A stretch of 64,000 nt of DNA from Candidatus Latescibacterota bacterium (lineage in GTDB: Bacteria; Latescibacterota; UBA2968; UBA8231). Shown here in pieces: positions 1 through 11,371 of this stretch. The stretch lies in contig OZ244561.1 in NCBI GenBank assembly GCA_965217585.1, forward strand, positions 3,104,001-3,168,000, written 5' to 3'. The notes beneath the pieces were generated by a model that was given only the letters and a program-made list of their open reading frames with translations, ran no database searches and was not told the DNA's origin. The position numbers and the translations under genes are program-made. How positions within the stretch are numbered: the stretch's first letter is position 1; every line of letters begins with the position of its first letter.

Positions 1-252
1 GCGCAGGACCAGCAGAGTCGAGCAGACGGTGAAAAAGCCCATGCCGAGATAGGCTACCCAGGCGAGGGGATCCGTTAGCCAGGCCAGATGCGGGTGAGAC
101 CGCAGGCGAAAGAGGAATAAGGGCGTCAATAGTAAGAACACCAGCGCCAGTGTGGCACCGATATGTACGGGAGGAGGGAGATAGGGGATGAGCCGCCAGC
201 CCGAATAGCCGTAGATTGAGCCGAGCAGCGATAGGAAAATCAGCGCAAACAT
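1..252 (-). CDS. Partial membrane protein (N-terminus only), probably the TM region of a membrane-anchored metallophosphoesterase
   Basis: Hand translation from ATG at 252: MFALIFLSLLGSIYGYSGWRLIP...AWVAYLGMGFFTVCSTLLVLR, open to the window edge; hydrophobic N-terminus typical of YkuE-like metallophosphoesterases. Catalytic domain lies outside the window. Confidence 0.6.
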   Translation of the reverse strand, partial: MFALIFLSLLGSIYGYSGWRLIPYLPPPVHIGATLALVFLLLTPLFLFRLRSHPHLAWLTDPLAWVAYLGMGFFTVCSTLLVLR

Positions 253-426
253 GCCTTAGTCTTTGTTTGAGAGGAAGTGCGGCTTTTATTCTAGGGGCAA
301 TCCAAGACCCTTACAAGTCGAGGTAAAGCAGGCCGACGGGTCTTGTTTCCCGTCGGTCGAGTCGTTATAAAGGACTTGGAGGCAAGACAACAAAACCTAG
401 CTGATTTGAACAGAAGGAGACCAACT

Positions 427-1296
427 GTGAAAGTAACCAGCCAACAGCTCGACTTTTTCGAGGAAGAAGGGTATGTCATCATCAAAGGAGGGCTTACCGA
501 CGACGATCTCGCGCCGCTCATTGAGGATCACAATATCATCGTCGATGAAATCGCCCGCGATCTGCACAGCCAAGGCAAGATCGCCAACCTCTACGAAAAC
601 GAGCCTTTTGAGCGGCGCTTGGCTTGCCTCGCAGAAGAGTGTGACGAAGTCGATGGTTGCCCCGACATCGGGGAAACTCGCCGGCGCGGCACCTTTGCGT
701 TTTTGCGCAACCAGAACCTCGTCGATCTGATTGAGCCTTTCATCGGTCCGGAAATTACCTGTAATGCCGTGTCGCACGTCCGGCCAAAGATGCCGTCAAC
801 AGATGTAATTTTTCATCAGGATGCCGTGTTCACCACCCAACAAGCACAAGGCATTCTGCAGGTGACCGTCTGGGTCCCCCTAGTCGAGGCGTCCGAAGAG
901 AACGGCTGCTTGCAGGTCCAACCCCGGGTCCACCAGCAGCGCATGGTCTATTGGTCGTACGGGCGGGATCTACCCCAGACCGAGCGGATTAGTCTGCCCA
1001 TGCAAAAGGGGGACGTCTTGTTCGTACACAAGCTGACGCCCCACGGATCAGGCCCGAACAACACCAACGCCGTGCGTTGGAGCATGGATCTGCGCTATCA
1101 GAAAACGGGCGAGCCTTCTCCGCGACCGGAGTGGCCCAGTCTCGTCGCCCGCAGCCGGCGCGATCCCGCTGCGGAGACCGCCTATGACGACTGGCACGAC
1201 CAGTGGGCCGCCGCGCTCGAAAAGACGCCCCAACAGATTCACTACGAACGTCCAAACAAGCCTTTGCCCTTCACCGGAGAGATGTTTCTCAAGTAG
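427..1296 (+). CDS. Phytanoyl-CoA dioxygenase (PhyH) family Fe(II)/2-oxoglutarate oxygenase
   Basis: FFEEEGYVII start, HQD iron motif, VWVPL..A..ENGCL, distal H in PHGSGPN, R.SMDLRY. Start moved to GTG 427 after AGAAGGAG. Confidence 0.9.
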   Translation: MKVTSQQLDFFEEEGYVIIKGGLTDDDLAPLIEDHNIIVDEIARDLHSQGKIANLYENEPFERRLACLAEECDEVDGCPDIGETRRRGTFAFLRNQNLVDLIEPFIGPEITCNAVSHVRPKMPSTDVIFHQDAVFTTQQAQGILQVTVWVPLVEASEENGCLQVQPRVHQQRMVYWSYGRDLPQTERISLPMQKGDVLFVHKLTPHGSGPNNTNAVRWSMDLRYQKTGEPSPRPEWPSLVARSRRDPAAETAYDDWHDQWAAALEKTPQQIHYERPNKPLPFTGEMFLK

Positions 1297-1411
1297 CGCA
1301 AACCGACCTGCTGACGGGGCTTGGCTGCAAGTGCGCTGGTGGATGTGGGTGTGGACAGCGCCAGTCGGGCCGCTGCCGCAACCGACGACGGTCTAGACCG
1401 AGGAGGACTTC

Positions 1412-2449
1412 ATGTACGGAGTTGGTGTATTGGGCAATTGCTGCACCCACGGGGCCGGGATTGCCGGGCAGTTCGCCGCGCATCCTCGGACCTGGGTGGT
1501 GACGGGATACGAGCCCAGGGCGCAGCGGGCCGGGGAATTGCAGCGGGCCATGCGAGCGCCCCTCGCCGCCAGTTACGAGGCCGTGGTGGGCCATGCCCAG
1601 GTCGAGATCCTGGCCCTGGCGACCGATCCTTGCGACAAAGCCGAGATGGTCGAATTGGCCGCTCGGGCCGGCAAGGCGCTCTGGATCAACAAACCCCTGT
1701 GCCACAATCCAGCCGCCGCCCGACGCATTGAAGAACAGATCCGGGCCGCGGGGGTCCCCGCTGTCTTCGACGTCCCCATGGTCAAATTCCAACCCGCCTT
1801 TGACAAGCTGCTGCACCAGGTGCGGGCCGGACTATACGGCCAGGTGGTGAGCTACTACCACACCTTTGGCATGACCTTTGCCCCGGACTTCCCGATCCAG
1901 GACACCTGGCCCGAGCGCTTTGATCCAGCAGCCACGGGCGGCGGCGGCGAAATGACCAATATGGGCTGCTACGCCATCGACTACGCCCTGCACCTGCTGG
2001 GCGTGCCCCGCCGGGTGGAAGCGCGCTGGCAGAAGTTCTGGCGACCCTATGTCGAAGCCGATGTGGAGAACTTTGGCCAGATCTGTCTCGACTACGGCCG
2101 CTTCTGGGCCGTGTTGGCAGTGGGCAAACAGGCCGTCGAGGGCCGGCGGGGTCCGCGCAACGCCTTGACCGTTGAATTCGAAGGGGCCAATTTCTTCCTC
2201 GACCCGGGCGCCGGCCTAGTCGTCGAGACCGGTCGGGCCCGCCCGCTCGACCAGTACCTGGACGGCCATCAATGCCCCTCCTCCATCGACCAGTTGCTCG
2301 CGGCCTTGGAAGGGGGCCCTGCACCCCAGAGCGACATAGCCACGGCGGCCAGAGGCGTGGAGGTGCTGTGCGGCGCGTACCAATCCATCCTCGAAGAACG
2401 GCCCGTGGACCTGCCGCTAACCCGGGCGACAAATCCCCTGTTTGAGTAA
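1412..2449 (+). CDS. Gfo/Idh/MocA family oxidoreductase
   Basis: N-terminal GVGVLG Rossmann-like strand, GKALWINKPL motif, GGGEMTNMGCYAIDY; GAGGAGG RBS. Confidence 0.85.
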   Translation: MYGVGVLGNCCTHGAGIAGQFAAHPRTWVVTGYEPRAQRAGELQRAMRAPLAASYEAVVGHAQVEILALATDPCDKAEMVELAARAGKALWINKPLCHNPAAARRIEEQIRAAGVPAVFDVPMVKFQPAFDKLLHQVRAGLYGQVVSYYHTFGMTFAPDFPIQDTWPERFDPAATGGGGEMTNMGCYAIDYALHLLGVPRRVEARWQKFWRPYVEADVENFGQICLDYGRFWAVLAVGKQAVEGRRGPRNALTVEFEGANFFLDPGAGLVVETGRARPLDQYLDGHQCPSSIDQLLAALEGGPAPQSDIATAARGVEVLCGAYQSILEERPVDLPLTRATNPLFE

Positions 2450-2560
2450 AGCTCCTGAGAAGCGGTCTGCTTCACCGCGCCTTTAGGCGTGACAACCCTC
2501 GGCGGCCGGCGCCCACCCTGTAGGCGGCCGACCTCGATCCTTTGAGAAAGAGGGAGGCAG

Positions 2561-3547
2561 ATGTCAATCGACGCAACCGATTCGGACGCACCGAAATTTC
2601 CCGAGAGATTCCTTCGATACGCGACCAGCGGCTTTGGAAAGGAAGGCGAGGCATGGCTTGAGGAACTGCCGTCCATTCTCAAGCGGTGCTGCGCTAAGTG
2701 GGGTCTGACACTCGGCCGGCCGACCGAGGAGATCAAGGCCAACTATATCGCCTACGTCGAGATGGGCAATGGAGCAGAGGCCGTGCTCAAGGTGGGGGTC
2801 CCACACGGTGATTTTAGCTCGGAGATGGAAGCGTTGGCGATCTATGAGGGCCGTGGGATCAACCGGCTCATCGACTGCGACAAAGCGCTTAACGCCATGC
2901 TGCTCGAACGACTGCGTCCTGGCAAGATGCTAGATTCTGTTGAGAACGCGCGCGAGCGGAGTGAGATTACAGCGCGTATTCTCCAAGATTTACACGCGAC
3001 CCCACCGCCGTCGAACCACACACTGCCGCACTTTATGGATTGGATGCGAGGTGCGTTCGCGGACGCCAGAAGCTGCAAGGATCTCGAGAGAGCACGGGGC
3101 TATATCGAGCAGATTCCGCGCGTGGAGTTTATGATGGACATCCTAATGGAAACGGATGAACTCCAAATGCTGCTACACGGCGATCTCCATCACTGGAATA
3201 TTCTGTCTGACGCAGATCGCGGCTGGATGGCGATTGATCCTAAAGGCGTCATCGGGGCCTCGTGTCTGGACGTCGGCCGGTTCATCAACAACGCGATGGG
3301 ATTCAGAGAGACCGCTGCGGAGAAGCGGGAGATTCTGCTTGAGGCGGTGACGATTTTTAGCGACGTGCTGGGGGAAAACGAGGAGCGGATGTTTGCGGGT
3401 GCCTTCTGCGACAAGATTATGGGTTCGTCGTGGGGGCTGAAACAGAAGCCCGATGAGCAAGAGGCGAGCCCGCAAGAGGCGCTTAGAATGATGGTTGAGA
3501 TGGCGAGGGACGTGGATGATCGTCGGCTGCGATGTCGAGCCGTCTAG
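2561..3547 (+). CDS. Aminoglycoside/hydroxyurea phosphotransferase (APH(6)-like) family kinase
   Basis: AVLK, MLLERL.PG, LLHGDLHHWNIL, WMAIDPKGVIG motifs; GGAGG RBS. Confidence 0.85.
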   Translation: MSIDATDSDAPKFPERFLRYATSGFGKEGEAWLEELPSILKRCCAKWGLTLGRPTEEIKANYIAYVEMGNGAEAVLKVGVPHGDFSSEMEALAIYEGRGINRLIDCDKALNAMLLERLRPGKMLDSVENARERSEITARILQDLHATPPPSNHTLPHFMDWMRGAFADARSCKDLERARGYIEQIPRVEFMMDILMETDELQMLLHGDLHHWNILSDADRGWMAIDPKGVIGASCLDVGRFINNAMGFRETAAEKREILLEAVTIFSDVLGENEERMFAGAFCDKIMGSSWGLKQKPDEQEASPQEALRMMVEMARDVDDRRLRCRAV

Positions 3548-3563
3548 CGGTGCAGACACACGC

Positions 3564-3595
3564 CGCGTTGCACCTACTCGCGCAGGTGCAACGCG
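3564..3595. terminator. Strong hairpin between convergent genes (probable bidirectional terminator)
   Basis: Perfect 12-bp inverted repeat cgcgttgcacct-N8-aggtgcaacgcg; no U tract. Confidence 0.5.
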
Positions 3596-3662
3596 CATCG
3601 TGCATGGCTGGTCGGGTATCGAGGCGGACTTGCGCTTGCAGCCACTCATCCGCCTGTCATTG

Positions 3663-4019
3663 TTAACCCTTGAGCCGGTTGATCGTCCTTCTGATGAGGA
3701 TGGTTATGACGCCGGCGTATAGAGCGATGCTGACCTGATCGACGATGGCGTCTAAGTGCATACCAATCGCTGGAATGTGGTTCAGCACACCCTCAAGCTC
3801 GCTGCCTGCATCCATACTTGCGGCAGCGCCGACCGCAATGGTGACTGCCAAGTAGGCTGTCGCGTCCTCGGCATCAATCGCTATCGCCCCGTACACTAGG
3901 CCCAAAACGACTAGCGCGAGCATCAGGATACCCCCTATACCCCCTTCGATTGAGGCACCTGCCAAGCCCTGAATGATGGCCACAAGAGCCGTCAGACCAA
4001 CGATAATTCTGAGTGCCAT
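3663..4019 (-). CDS. Small hypothetical membrane protein (about 4 TM)
   Basis: 118 aa, mostly hydrophobic; GGAGGGAG RBS upstream of the ATG. Confidence 0.75.
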   Translation of the reverse strand: MALRIIVGLTALVAIIQGLAGASIEGGIGGILMLALVVLGLVYGAIAIDAEDATAYLAVTIAVGAAASMDAGSELEGVLNHIPAIGMHLDAIVDQVSIALYAGVITILIRRTINRLKG

Positions 4020-4370
4020 TTCTCCCTCCTAGAGTAAGTTGATAGCGACCAGCGCCCTCAACCTCCCGTGACGATCACCGAAGATATAACGCGGCCGCAG
4101 GGACCACACCGCCAGTGGAGAAAAACTGTCTCGGAAAAAATCGATTTTATATGCCGATATGCCGTTCCGCCGTTGATCGCAATCCGCAGCTCGATGCAGC
4201 TTGGTCAACTCGGTACAGGAATAGCCGAACCATTTAGCGCCGCACCCATAGTTCTGCTGGACAATGTAGAGAGATACGGTATTATCCGGCGCGCATCAAG
4301 AAAATAATGACGCGCTAAGTGTGGGAGGACGCACGTGCGGTTGCGAAAGGATGTTTATAGGACTGCTAGG

Positions 4371-5423
4371 CTAGGCGATGACGCCGCCGCCGAGGCAAAT
4401 TTCACCGTCGTAGAACACTGCGTGCTGGCCCGGGGCAATGCCGGGGTCGGGCGTGGATAAGGCGACGTGGGCGCGGTCCGGCGCGAGTAGCTTTACCTGA
4501 CAGGGGGTTAGGGCTGGCCCATGCCGCAGCTTGACTTGGAGCACGGTGTGCTCCGGTGCTCCAGCGATCCAATGGATTTGTTCGGCGATCAGTTCGCGGC
4601 GTCCGGTTCGCGTCGGCGCGCTGCCATGGGCGATGTACACGATGTTGTTGGCGACGTCTTTGTCGATCACATACCAGGGACCGCCGCCGAGTTGTAGGCC
4701 GTGCCGCTGGCCGATGGTATAGAACCAATAGCCGGGGTGCTCGCCCTTCTTTTGTCCGCTCGCCTGCTCGACGATGTCGCCGCGCACCTCGCCTAGGTGG
4801 AAGCGGACGAATGCCTGATAGTCGATCTTGCCCAAAAAGCACAGGCCTTGGCTGTCCTTGCGGTCCTTGGTCGGCAGGTCGAACTCAGCGGCGTGGGCGC
4901 GCACCTGATGCTTGTGCAAGTGGCCAATGGGGAAGCGGACTCGGGCCAGTTGTGCCTGGCTCAGGTTGGAGAGGAAATAGGTCTGGTCCTTGACCGGGTC
5001 GGGGGCGCGGCGAAGCCGAAAGTCACTGGCGACCGCCTCGACGCGGGCGTAGTGCCCGGAGGCAATTTGGTCGCACTCGTCGGCTACTTTGCGGTAAAAG
5101 GCCCCGAACTTGATGCGCTGATTGCAAAAGATGTCCGGGCTAGGCGTGCGTCCCCGGCGCAATTCGGCGAGGGTGTGCTCGACGATCTGCGCCCGGTACT
5201 CGCTTTGCAGTGGCACGATCTCAAGCGGTACCCCCAGCCGCTCGCAGGTTGCATGTGCGTAGGCCAAGTCCTCCTCCCAAGGGCAATCCCCCAAGAAGGA
5301 TAGCTCCTCTTCGAGCCATATCTTGAGATAGTAGGCTTTGAGCGCGAGACCCTTTTGGCGGCTCAAAAGCGCCAAGGCCACGGAGCTATCGACCCCACCA
5401 GAGAGCAGGACGGCGACGTTCAT
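4371..5423 (-). CDS. mnmA: tRNA-specific 2-thiouridylase MnmA
   Basis: SGGVDS PP-loop, TPSPDIFCNQRIKFG, SGHYA, KDQTYFL, DSQGLCFLG, TIGQRHGL, PGQHAVFY. Confidence 0.97.
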   Translation of the reverse strand: MNVAVLLSGGVDSSVALALLSRQKGLALKAYYLKIWLEEELSFLGDCPWEEDLAYAHATCERLGVPLEIVPLQSEYRAQIVEHTLAELRRGRTPSPDIFCNQRIKFGAFYRKVADECDQIASGHYARVEAVASDFRLRRAPDPVKDQTYFLSNLSQAQLARVRFPIGHLHKHQVRAHAAEFDLPTKDRKDSQGLCFLGKIDYQAFVRFHLGEVRGDIVEQASGQKKGEHPGYWFYTIGQRHGLQLGGGPWYVIDKDVANNIVYIAHGSAPTRTGRRELIAEQIHWIAGAPEHTVLQVKLRHGPALTPCQVKLLAPDRAHVALSTPDPGIAPGQHAVFYDGEICLGGGVIA

Positions 5424-5433
5424 GGGATGCTCG

Positions 5434-6756
<1,323 letters not shown>

Positions 6757-6804
6757 TGATTTCTCCTTATGGGTGATGAACGGTTTTGTTATGTGGCAAA
6801 TTCT

Positions 6805-8382
6805 TCACGCTGGCCCGGCCCGCTTTACGGCCGCCGAAGTCCCGCCCTCGAAGGCGGCGAAGTTCGCCTTGAATAGCTCGGCGAGTTGCCCGGCCCGCTC
6901 GTCGTAGGCTGCCCCGTCGGCCCAAGTCCGCCGCGGCACCATCTGCGCGCTGGGCACGCCTGGACACGCGCATACCACGTCAAAGCCGAAGCGCGGGTCT
7001 CGCTCCACGGGCGCGTCGGCGAGGGCACCGGCGTGGATCGCGCTGATAATCGCCCGGGTGTGCTGGAGCGAGAGGCGCGTGCCCACGCCGTACGGCCCGC
7101 TCGTCCAGCCCGTGTTGACCAGCCAGACCTGCGCGTTGTGGGTGCGGATCTTGTCGGCTAGCAGGGCGGCATACTTGTTCGGATGCCAGACCATAAAGGC
7201 CGCGCCAAAGCAGGCCGAAAACGTGGCCTCTGGTTCGGTGACACCCATCTCGGTGCCGGCGACCTTGGCCGTGTACCCGCTCATAAAGTGGTACATGGCT
7301 TGGTCGGGCGTCAGGCGGCTGACCGGCGGCAGCACGCCGAAGGCATCGCAGGTGAGGAAGATGATGTCGCGAGGATGGCGACCGGTGCAGGGGACCGCCG
7401 CGTTGGGGATGTAGTCGATGGGATAGGCCGCACGGGTGTTTTCGGTGATTGCGCCGTCGGCGTAATCGACTCGGCGGCTCTCCTCGTCGCAGACGACGTT
7501 TTCCAAGACCGTGCCAAAGCGGATGGCGCGAAAAATCTCAGGCTCTTGCTCCGGAGTCAAGTCAATGCACTTGGCGTAGCAGCCGCCCTCAATGTTGAAG
7601 ATTCCCTCCGCGCTCCAGACGTGCTCGTCGTCGCCAATTAACCGCCGCTGTGGATCGGTCGAGAGCGTGGTCTTGCCCGTGCCCGACAAGCCAAAGAACA
7701 GCGCGGTATCGCCGCTGGTTCCCGCATTGGCCGAACAGTGCATGGGCAGCAGGCCGGCTCTGGGCATGAGGAAGTTCATTACCGTGAACACGCCCTTTTT
7801 CATTTCGCCCGCGTACTCGGTTCCCAAAATCACCATTTCCCGGCGCTCGAAGCTCAGGTCGATGCTGGTCGTGGAGGTCATCTCCGTAGTGTAGCGGTTG
7901 GCCGGAAAGCGGCCGGCGTTGTAGATGGTAAAATCCGGCGTCTCGAATTGGGCTAGCTCGGCCTCGGACGGGCGGATGAGCATGTTGTGCATGAAGAGTG
8001 CGTGGTAGGCGCGGGAGCAAATCACGCGGATTTTGAGCCGATATTGGGGATCCCAGCCGGCGAATCCATCTACTATGTACAATCGCTCGCAGGTGTTGAG
8101 ATAGTCGATGGCGCGCTCTAGGTTGATCATAAAGGTGTGCTCTTGGAGCTTGATGTTGACCGCGCCCCACCAGATGTCGGCGCTGCTCTGTGGGTCGAAG
8201 ACGATGCGCTTGTCGCTGGGGCTGCGCCCGGTCTTGTTGCCCGAGGAAACCACGAGCGCGCCTTGGTCGGAAATGGTGGATCCGCGCTCGTGGCGCAGCG
8301 CTTCTTCGTAGAGCCTGGCCGGCGTCATGTTGCGGAGAATCTCGTCGACTGAGATCTCGTCGAGTTGGATGATTTCGCTCAT
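6805..8382 (-). CDS. pckA: Phosphoenolpyruvate carboxykinase (ATP)
   Basis: [62 protein letters not shown]. Confidence 0.98.
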   Translation of the reverse strand: MSEIIQLDEISVDEILRNMTPARLYEEALRHERGSTISDQGALVVSSGNKTGRSPSDKRIVFDPQSSADIWWGAVNIKLQEHTFMINLERAIDYLNTCERLYIVDGFAGWDPQYRLKIRVICSRAYHALFMHNMLIRPSEAELAQFETPDFTIYNAGRFPANRYTTEMTSTTSIDLSFERREMVILGTEYAGEMKKGVFTVMNFLMPRAGLLPMHCSANAGTSGDTALFFGLSGTGKTTLSTDPQRRLIGDDEHVWSAEGIFNIEGGCYAKCIDLTPEQEPEIFRAIRFGTVLENVVCDEESRRVDYADGAITENTRAAYPIDYIPNAAVPCTGRHPRDIIFLTCDAFGVLPPVSRLTPDQAMYHFMSGYTAKVAGTEMGVTEPEATFSACFGAAFMVWHPNKYAALLADKIRTHNAQVWLVNTGWTSGPYGVGTRLSLQHTRAIISAIHAGALADAPVERDPRFGFDVVCACPGVPSAQMVPRRTWADGAAYDERAGQLAELFKANFAAFEGGTSAAVKRAGPA

Positions 8383-8609
8383 GATTTTAGTTCCGCTGTC
8401 GATAAGCCATGTTATACACTTTAGATACGGCCTCCACCGGTCGCGGTTGATGCGCCGACTGCTCCCAAGGGGGGTAATTTAGATATTAGGCAATTAAGAT
8501 ACACACCTGCGAATGGGCAAGCGCGTCCCATCAGGTTGACGGTCTAGCCTCCAAACCCTACCTTGCCCCACCTCCAAAATCTTGCCCACCATGTCATATC
8601 CAACCTATC

Positions 8610-9176
8610 ATGCAATCCCTCGCCACTCCCTCCGTCCTGTACCGGGATAGCTTCCTAGATGGCGCGGCCGAGTTCTTGGTCGAAGGTCGTTTCGACTCGA
8701 CGTACGCCCTGTCCCTCGGCTACGACAGCGACTCCCTCGTCGACCAATTCCCGCAATTCGTGCGCGACCTCAAGGCCCTCGCCGATGCGACGGGTTCGCG
8801 GGCGCGATACCCAGACCGAGTGCTCTGGCTCGTACACGACGGCGAGTATATTGGCCAAACCTCCATAAGACCCGACCTCTGCACCCCGTATTTGCTCACC
8901 TACGGAGGGCACATTGGCTACAGCATCCGACCCTCTCGGCGATGCCGCGGCTACGGCAAGGCCATCCTCGCCCTGACGCTGGTGGTATCGCAGGAGATAG
9001 GGCTGCGCCGCGTGCTGGTCACCTGTGACTCGGACAACATTGGCTCGCGCAAGATCATCGAGCACAACGGCGGCCAATTCGAGAGCGCGATGGCCATGCC
9101 CAGCCAAGCATTTCGCGCCGAGGGCCGCACACCCGTGCAGCGCATTGAGAAGTTGCGCTACTGGATTGACCTATGA
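8610..9176 (+). CDS. GNAT family N-acetyltransferase
   Basis: GGHIGYSIRPSRRCRGYGK acetyl-CoA motif, VLVTCDSDNIGSRKIIEHNGG. Confidence 0.9.
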   Translation: MQSLATPSVLYRDSFLDGAAEFLVEGRFDSTYALSLGYDSDSLVDQFPQFVRDLKALADATGSRARYPDRVLWLVHDGEYIGQTSIRPDLCTPYLLTYGGHIGYSIRPSRRCRGYGKAILALTLVVSQEIGLRRVLVTCDSDNIGSRKIIEHNGGQFESAMAMPSQAFRAEGRTPVQRIEKLRYWIDL

Positions 9177-10123
9177 TTGCCTTAGCCATTGCTTTCTTGC
9201 TGCCCACCGCTGGTTTGGCTCTAGCGGACCAAGGCGACGCAGCGCTGCGTCGCACACTCTATGCCACTCTGCAAGAGCAACTCGCACAACAGGCCAGCTA
9301 TTCGCAAGATCTCCTAAATAGGATCGCGCAAGAAAGTGGCGTCCCCGTAGAAGAGTTGCGCCCCCGGCTCCAGGGAATGCTCGACTCACTAATGGTTCAG
9401 CGCGAAGCCGAGACGGATGCTTGGGGAATGCTGCTTTTGCAGGGCGGACCAAACATTGCGCCCGAGCGCGCAGACAAGCTAACCGCCTACTTGGTCAAGG
9501 AGAGCCGCAACGTGCTCGCTAACGAAAACAACATCCTGCTCGAAAAGAGGATCAAAAAGGTGGCGCGCAAGGCCAAGGTGCCCTTCTTCCAGAGCCGCGC
9601 CTATATCCTCAGAGCCCTCGCATGGGCGGTCGCCAGCAGCGCACCCCAAGAGCAGGAAAAGCAGCCCCTACACTTCTTGGTCGTCGGCCATACCAACCCC
9701 TTTGAGGTCGCGCTTGATCCTCTTTTCCTATTCTTTGACACCGAGGACGAAGCCTTCGTGCGCGAACAGGTCCGCGAAGTCCAGCGATTTCTCGTGCCGG
9801 CACTGGTCCGGCGGCTACCCGAATTAGACGCCATTCGCTGGGCCGTGCGCGAACGCGAGTCTAACGCCCTCGTGATTCCCGACTATCAACTTCGGGTCGG
9901 AATCGACGAACTCCGCTTCGCTGGCTCCAACCTCGACCTCAAGCCCTGTATTGAGACCACCCTCGAAGTGACGCAGTGGGAATCCCAAGTCCGCTTGATG
10001 GAGGAACCGTTCTCCTTCTGTAGCGAAGAGCACGGCTCGGCCACCTCCCGCGAACTGGCTCCTTTCTGGGACGAGGCTGCCGACGCGATTGGGGTACACG
10101 TGCTGGCGCGGCTGGGGCGCTAG
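9173..10123 (+). CDS. Hypothetical exported protein
   Basis: 316-aa ORF, ATGA overlap with the GNAT gene, N-terminal signal peptide (…GLALA|D). Confidence 0.75.
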   Translation: MIALAIAFLLPTAGLALADQGDAALRRTLYATLQEQLAQQASYSQDLLNRIAQESGVPVEELRPRLQGMLDSLMVQREAETDAWGMLLLQGGPNIAPERADKLTAYLVKESRNVLANENNILLEKRIKKVARKAKVPFFQSRAYILRALAWAVASSAPQEQEKQPLHFLVVGHTNPFEVALDPLFLFFDTEDEAFVREQVREVQRFLVPALVRRLPELDAIRWAVRERESNALVIPDYQLRVGIDELRFAGSNLDLKPCIETTLEVTQWESQVRLMEEPFSFCSEEHGSATSRELAPFWDEAADAIGVHVLARLGR

Positions 10124-10170
10124 TGGTCTTAATTTTTCTGCTACTTTTTTCGTTAATATTCTCCTCGCGT

Positions 10171-10198
10171 AAAACTTTTTGTGCTCGACCCTCGTCTT
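10171..10198 (+). promoter_or_regulatory. Candidate ECF-sigma autoregulatory promoter
   Basis: AAAC-17 nt-CGTC just upstream of the ECF sigma gene, matching the general ECF -35 AAC / -10 CGT pattern. Confidence 0.5.
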
Positions 10199-10206
10199 AA
10201 AGGGGT

Positions 10207-10764
10207 ATGAGCGACGCCGATCTCATCCAGCGCTTCAAGGCCGGCCAGCACCAAGCGTTCAATGCCTTGGTCTGGCGCTGGCAGGGCCGCCTCTACCGCT
10301 TTGCGCTTCGCTATAGCGGCGATTCCGAAGAAGCGCGAGACCTCTGCCAGCAGAGCTTTATCCGCGCGTATGGCCAGTTGCACCGACTGCGCGACCCCGA
10401 GCGATTTTCTACGTGGCTCTACCAGATCGCCGCCAATCTGTGCCGCGACCACCTGCGCCAGCGAGCGCAGCACGTTTCGCTCGACGCGTACGAGGAAGCA
10501 AGCGCCCAACCCCATCCAGTGCTATGCCAAGCTGCCGATATCCACAAGGACGAGCTACGCGATCTGCTCAACCGCGCCTTGCAGACCCTGCCCGAGGAAC
10601 AGCGCGTCGTCGTGGTGCTCAAGGAATACGAGGGGCTAAAGTTTCGGGAAATCGCCGAAGTGCTCGACGCCCCGCTCAACACGGTTAAGTCGCGCCTTTA
10701 CTACGGCCTTAAGGCACTGCGAAAAACCTTTAACCAGTGGGACATTGACAGAGATGGACTGTAA
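10207..10764 (+). CDS. ECF RNA polymerase sigma factor
   Basis: Region 2 DLCQQSFIRAY...FSTWLYQIAANLCRD; region 4 LPEEQRVVVVL...EIAEVL...TVKSRLYYG. Confidence 0.95.
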   Translation: MSDADLIQRFKAGQHQAFNALVWRWQGRLYRFALRYSGDSEEARDLCQQSFIRAYGQLHRLRDPERFSTWLYQIAANLCRDHLRQRAQHVSLDAYEEASAQPHPVLCQAADIHKDELRDLLNRALQTLPEEQRVVVVLKEYEGLKFREIAEVLDAPLNTVKSRLYYGLKALRKTFNQWDIDRDGL

Positions 10765-11362
10765 CATCAAAAAAGAAGACTTGCTCACCTTTTTCTACGG
10801 CGAATGCGAGGAAGGTGAACAGGAGCGCATTAAGGAACATGTGGCCACCTGCTCGGCGTGCCGCCGCGAACTCGACGCGCTCGCTAGCACACAGGCATTG
10901 CTCCGGGCTTGGCCGGACGAGGCTCCGCGCCTCGACTTGACGTTTGTCGAGGCCGAGGTGCCGCGTCGGCGCTTTCGGCTGATGGCGGGTTTGGCCGCTG
11001 TAGCGGTGGTTGCGCTGGCTCTCTTTTTGGCGTGGCCGGAGTTTGAACTCAGCTACCGCGCCGGTGAACTCGACCTCAAGTGGGGAGAAGCGCTGGCGGA
11101 CGAACCACTGACTCGGGCGGAAGTGCTGGCCACACAGGAGGGCACCATCGCGTTAATGAACCAACTTCTGCGGGACTCTGAGGTGCGCCAGCAGCGCGTC
11201 TTCGACCATTTGCTGACCGAGATCCAAGCCCAGCGCTATCGAGACTTGCAACTCATCAACCGCCAGTTCGAACAGTTCGACCGCGAGATCTACATCCACT
11301 TGCGTCGCAACGAAGCACCCGTGCTGGAAGTGCTGCCGGCAACGCGCTATACCAACCCATAG
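10754..11362 (+). CDS. Zinc-binding (zf-HC2/ZAS) transmembrane anti-sigma factor
   Basis: HVATCSAC (HxxxCxxC), one TM helix, overlaps the sigma gene. Confidence 0.88.
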   Translation: MDCNIKKEDLLTFFYGECEEGEQERIKEHVATCSACRRELDALASTQALLRAWPDEAPRLDLTFVEAEVPRRRFRLMAGLAAVAVVALALFLAWPEFELSYRAGELDLKWGEALADEPLTRAEVLATQEGTIALMNQLLRDSEVRQQRVFDHLLTEIQAQRYRDLQLINRQFEQFDREIYIHLRRNEAPVLEVLPATRYTNP

Positions 11363-11371
11363 GAGATTGCC

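Noticed and set aside
2561-3547. APH(6)-like kinase (and the AAC(3) domain at 28261) as acquired antibiotic resistance
   Set aside because: No mobile context, and the family motifs alone do not show aminoglycoside specificity.
3541-3668. Integron attC site
   Set aside because: Ends do not match RYYYAAC...GTTRRRY as a complementary pair and no integrase is present; a simple hairpin suffices.
4068-4307. 79-aa ORF in the gap before mnmA
   Set aside because: No RBS or motif; more likely promoter or intergenic DNA.
6757-6804. SAH/SAM riboswitch upstream of ahcY
   Set aside because: The gap is only 48 bp with no aptamer motif; none seen upstream of pckA either.
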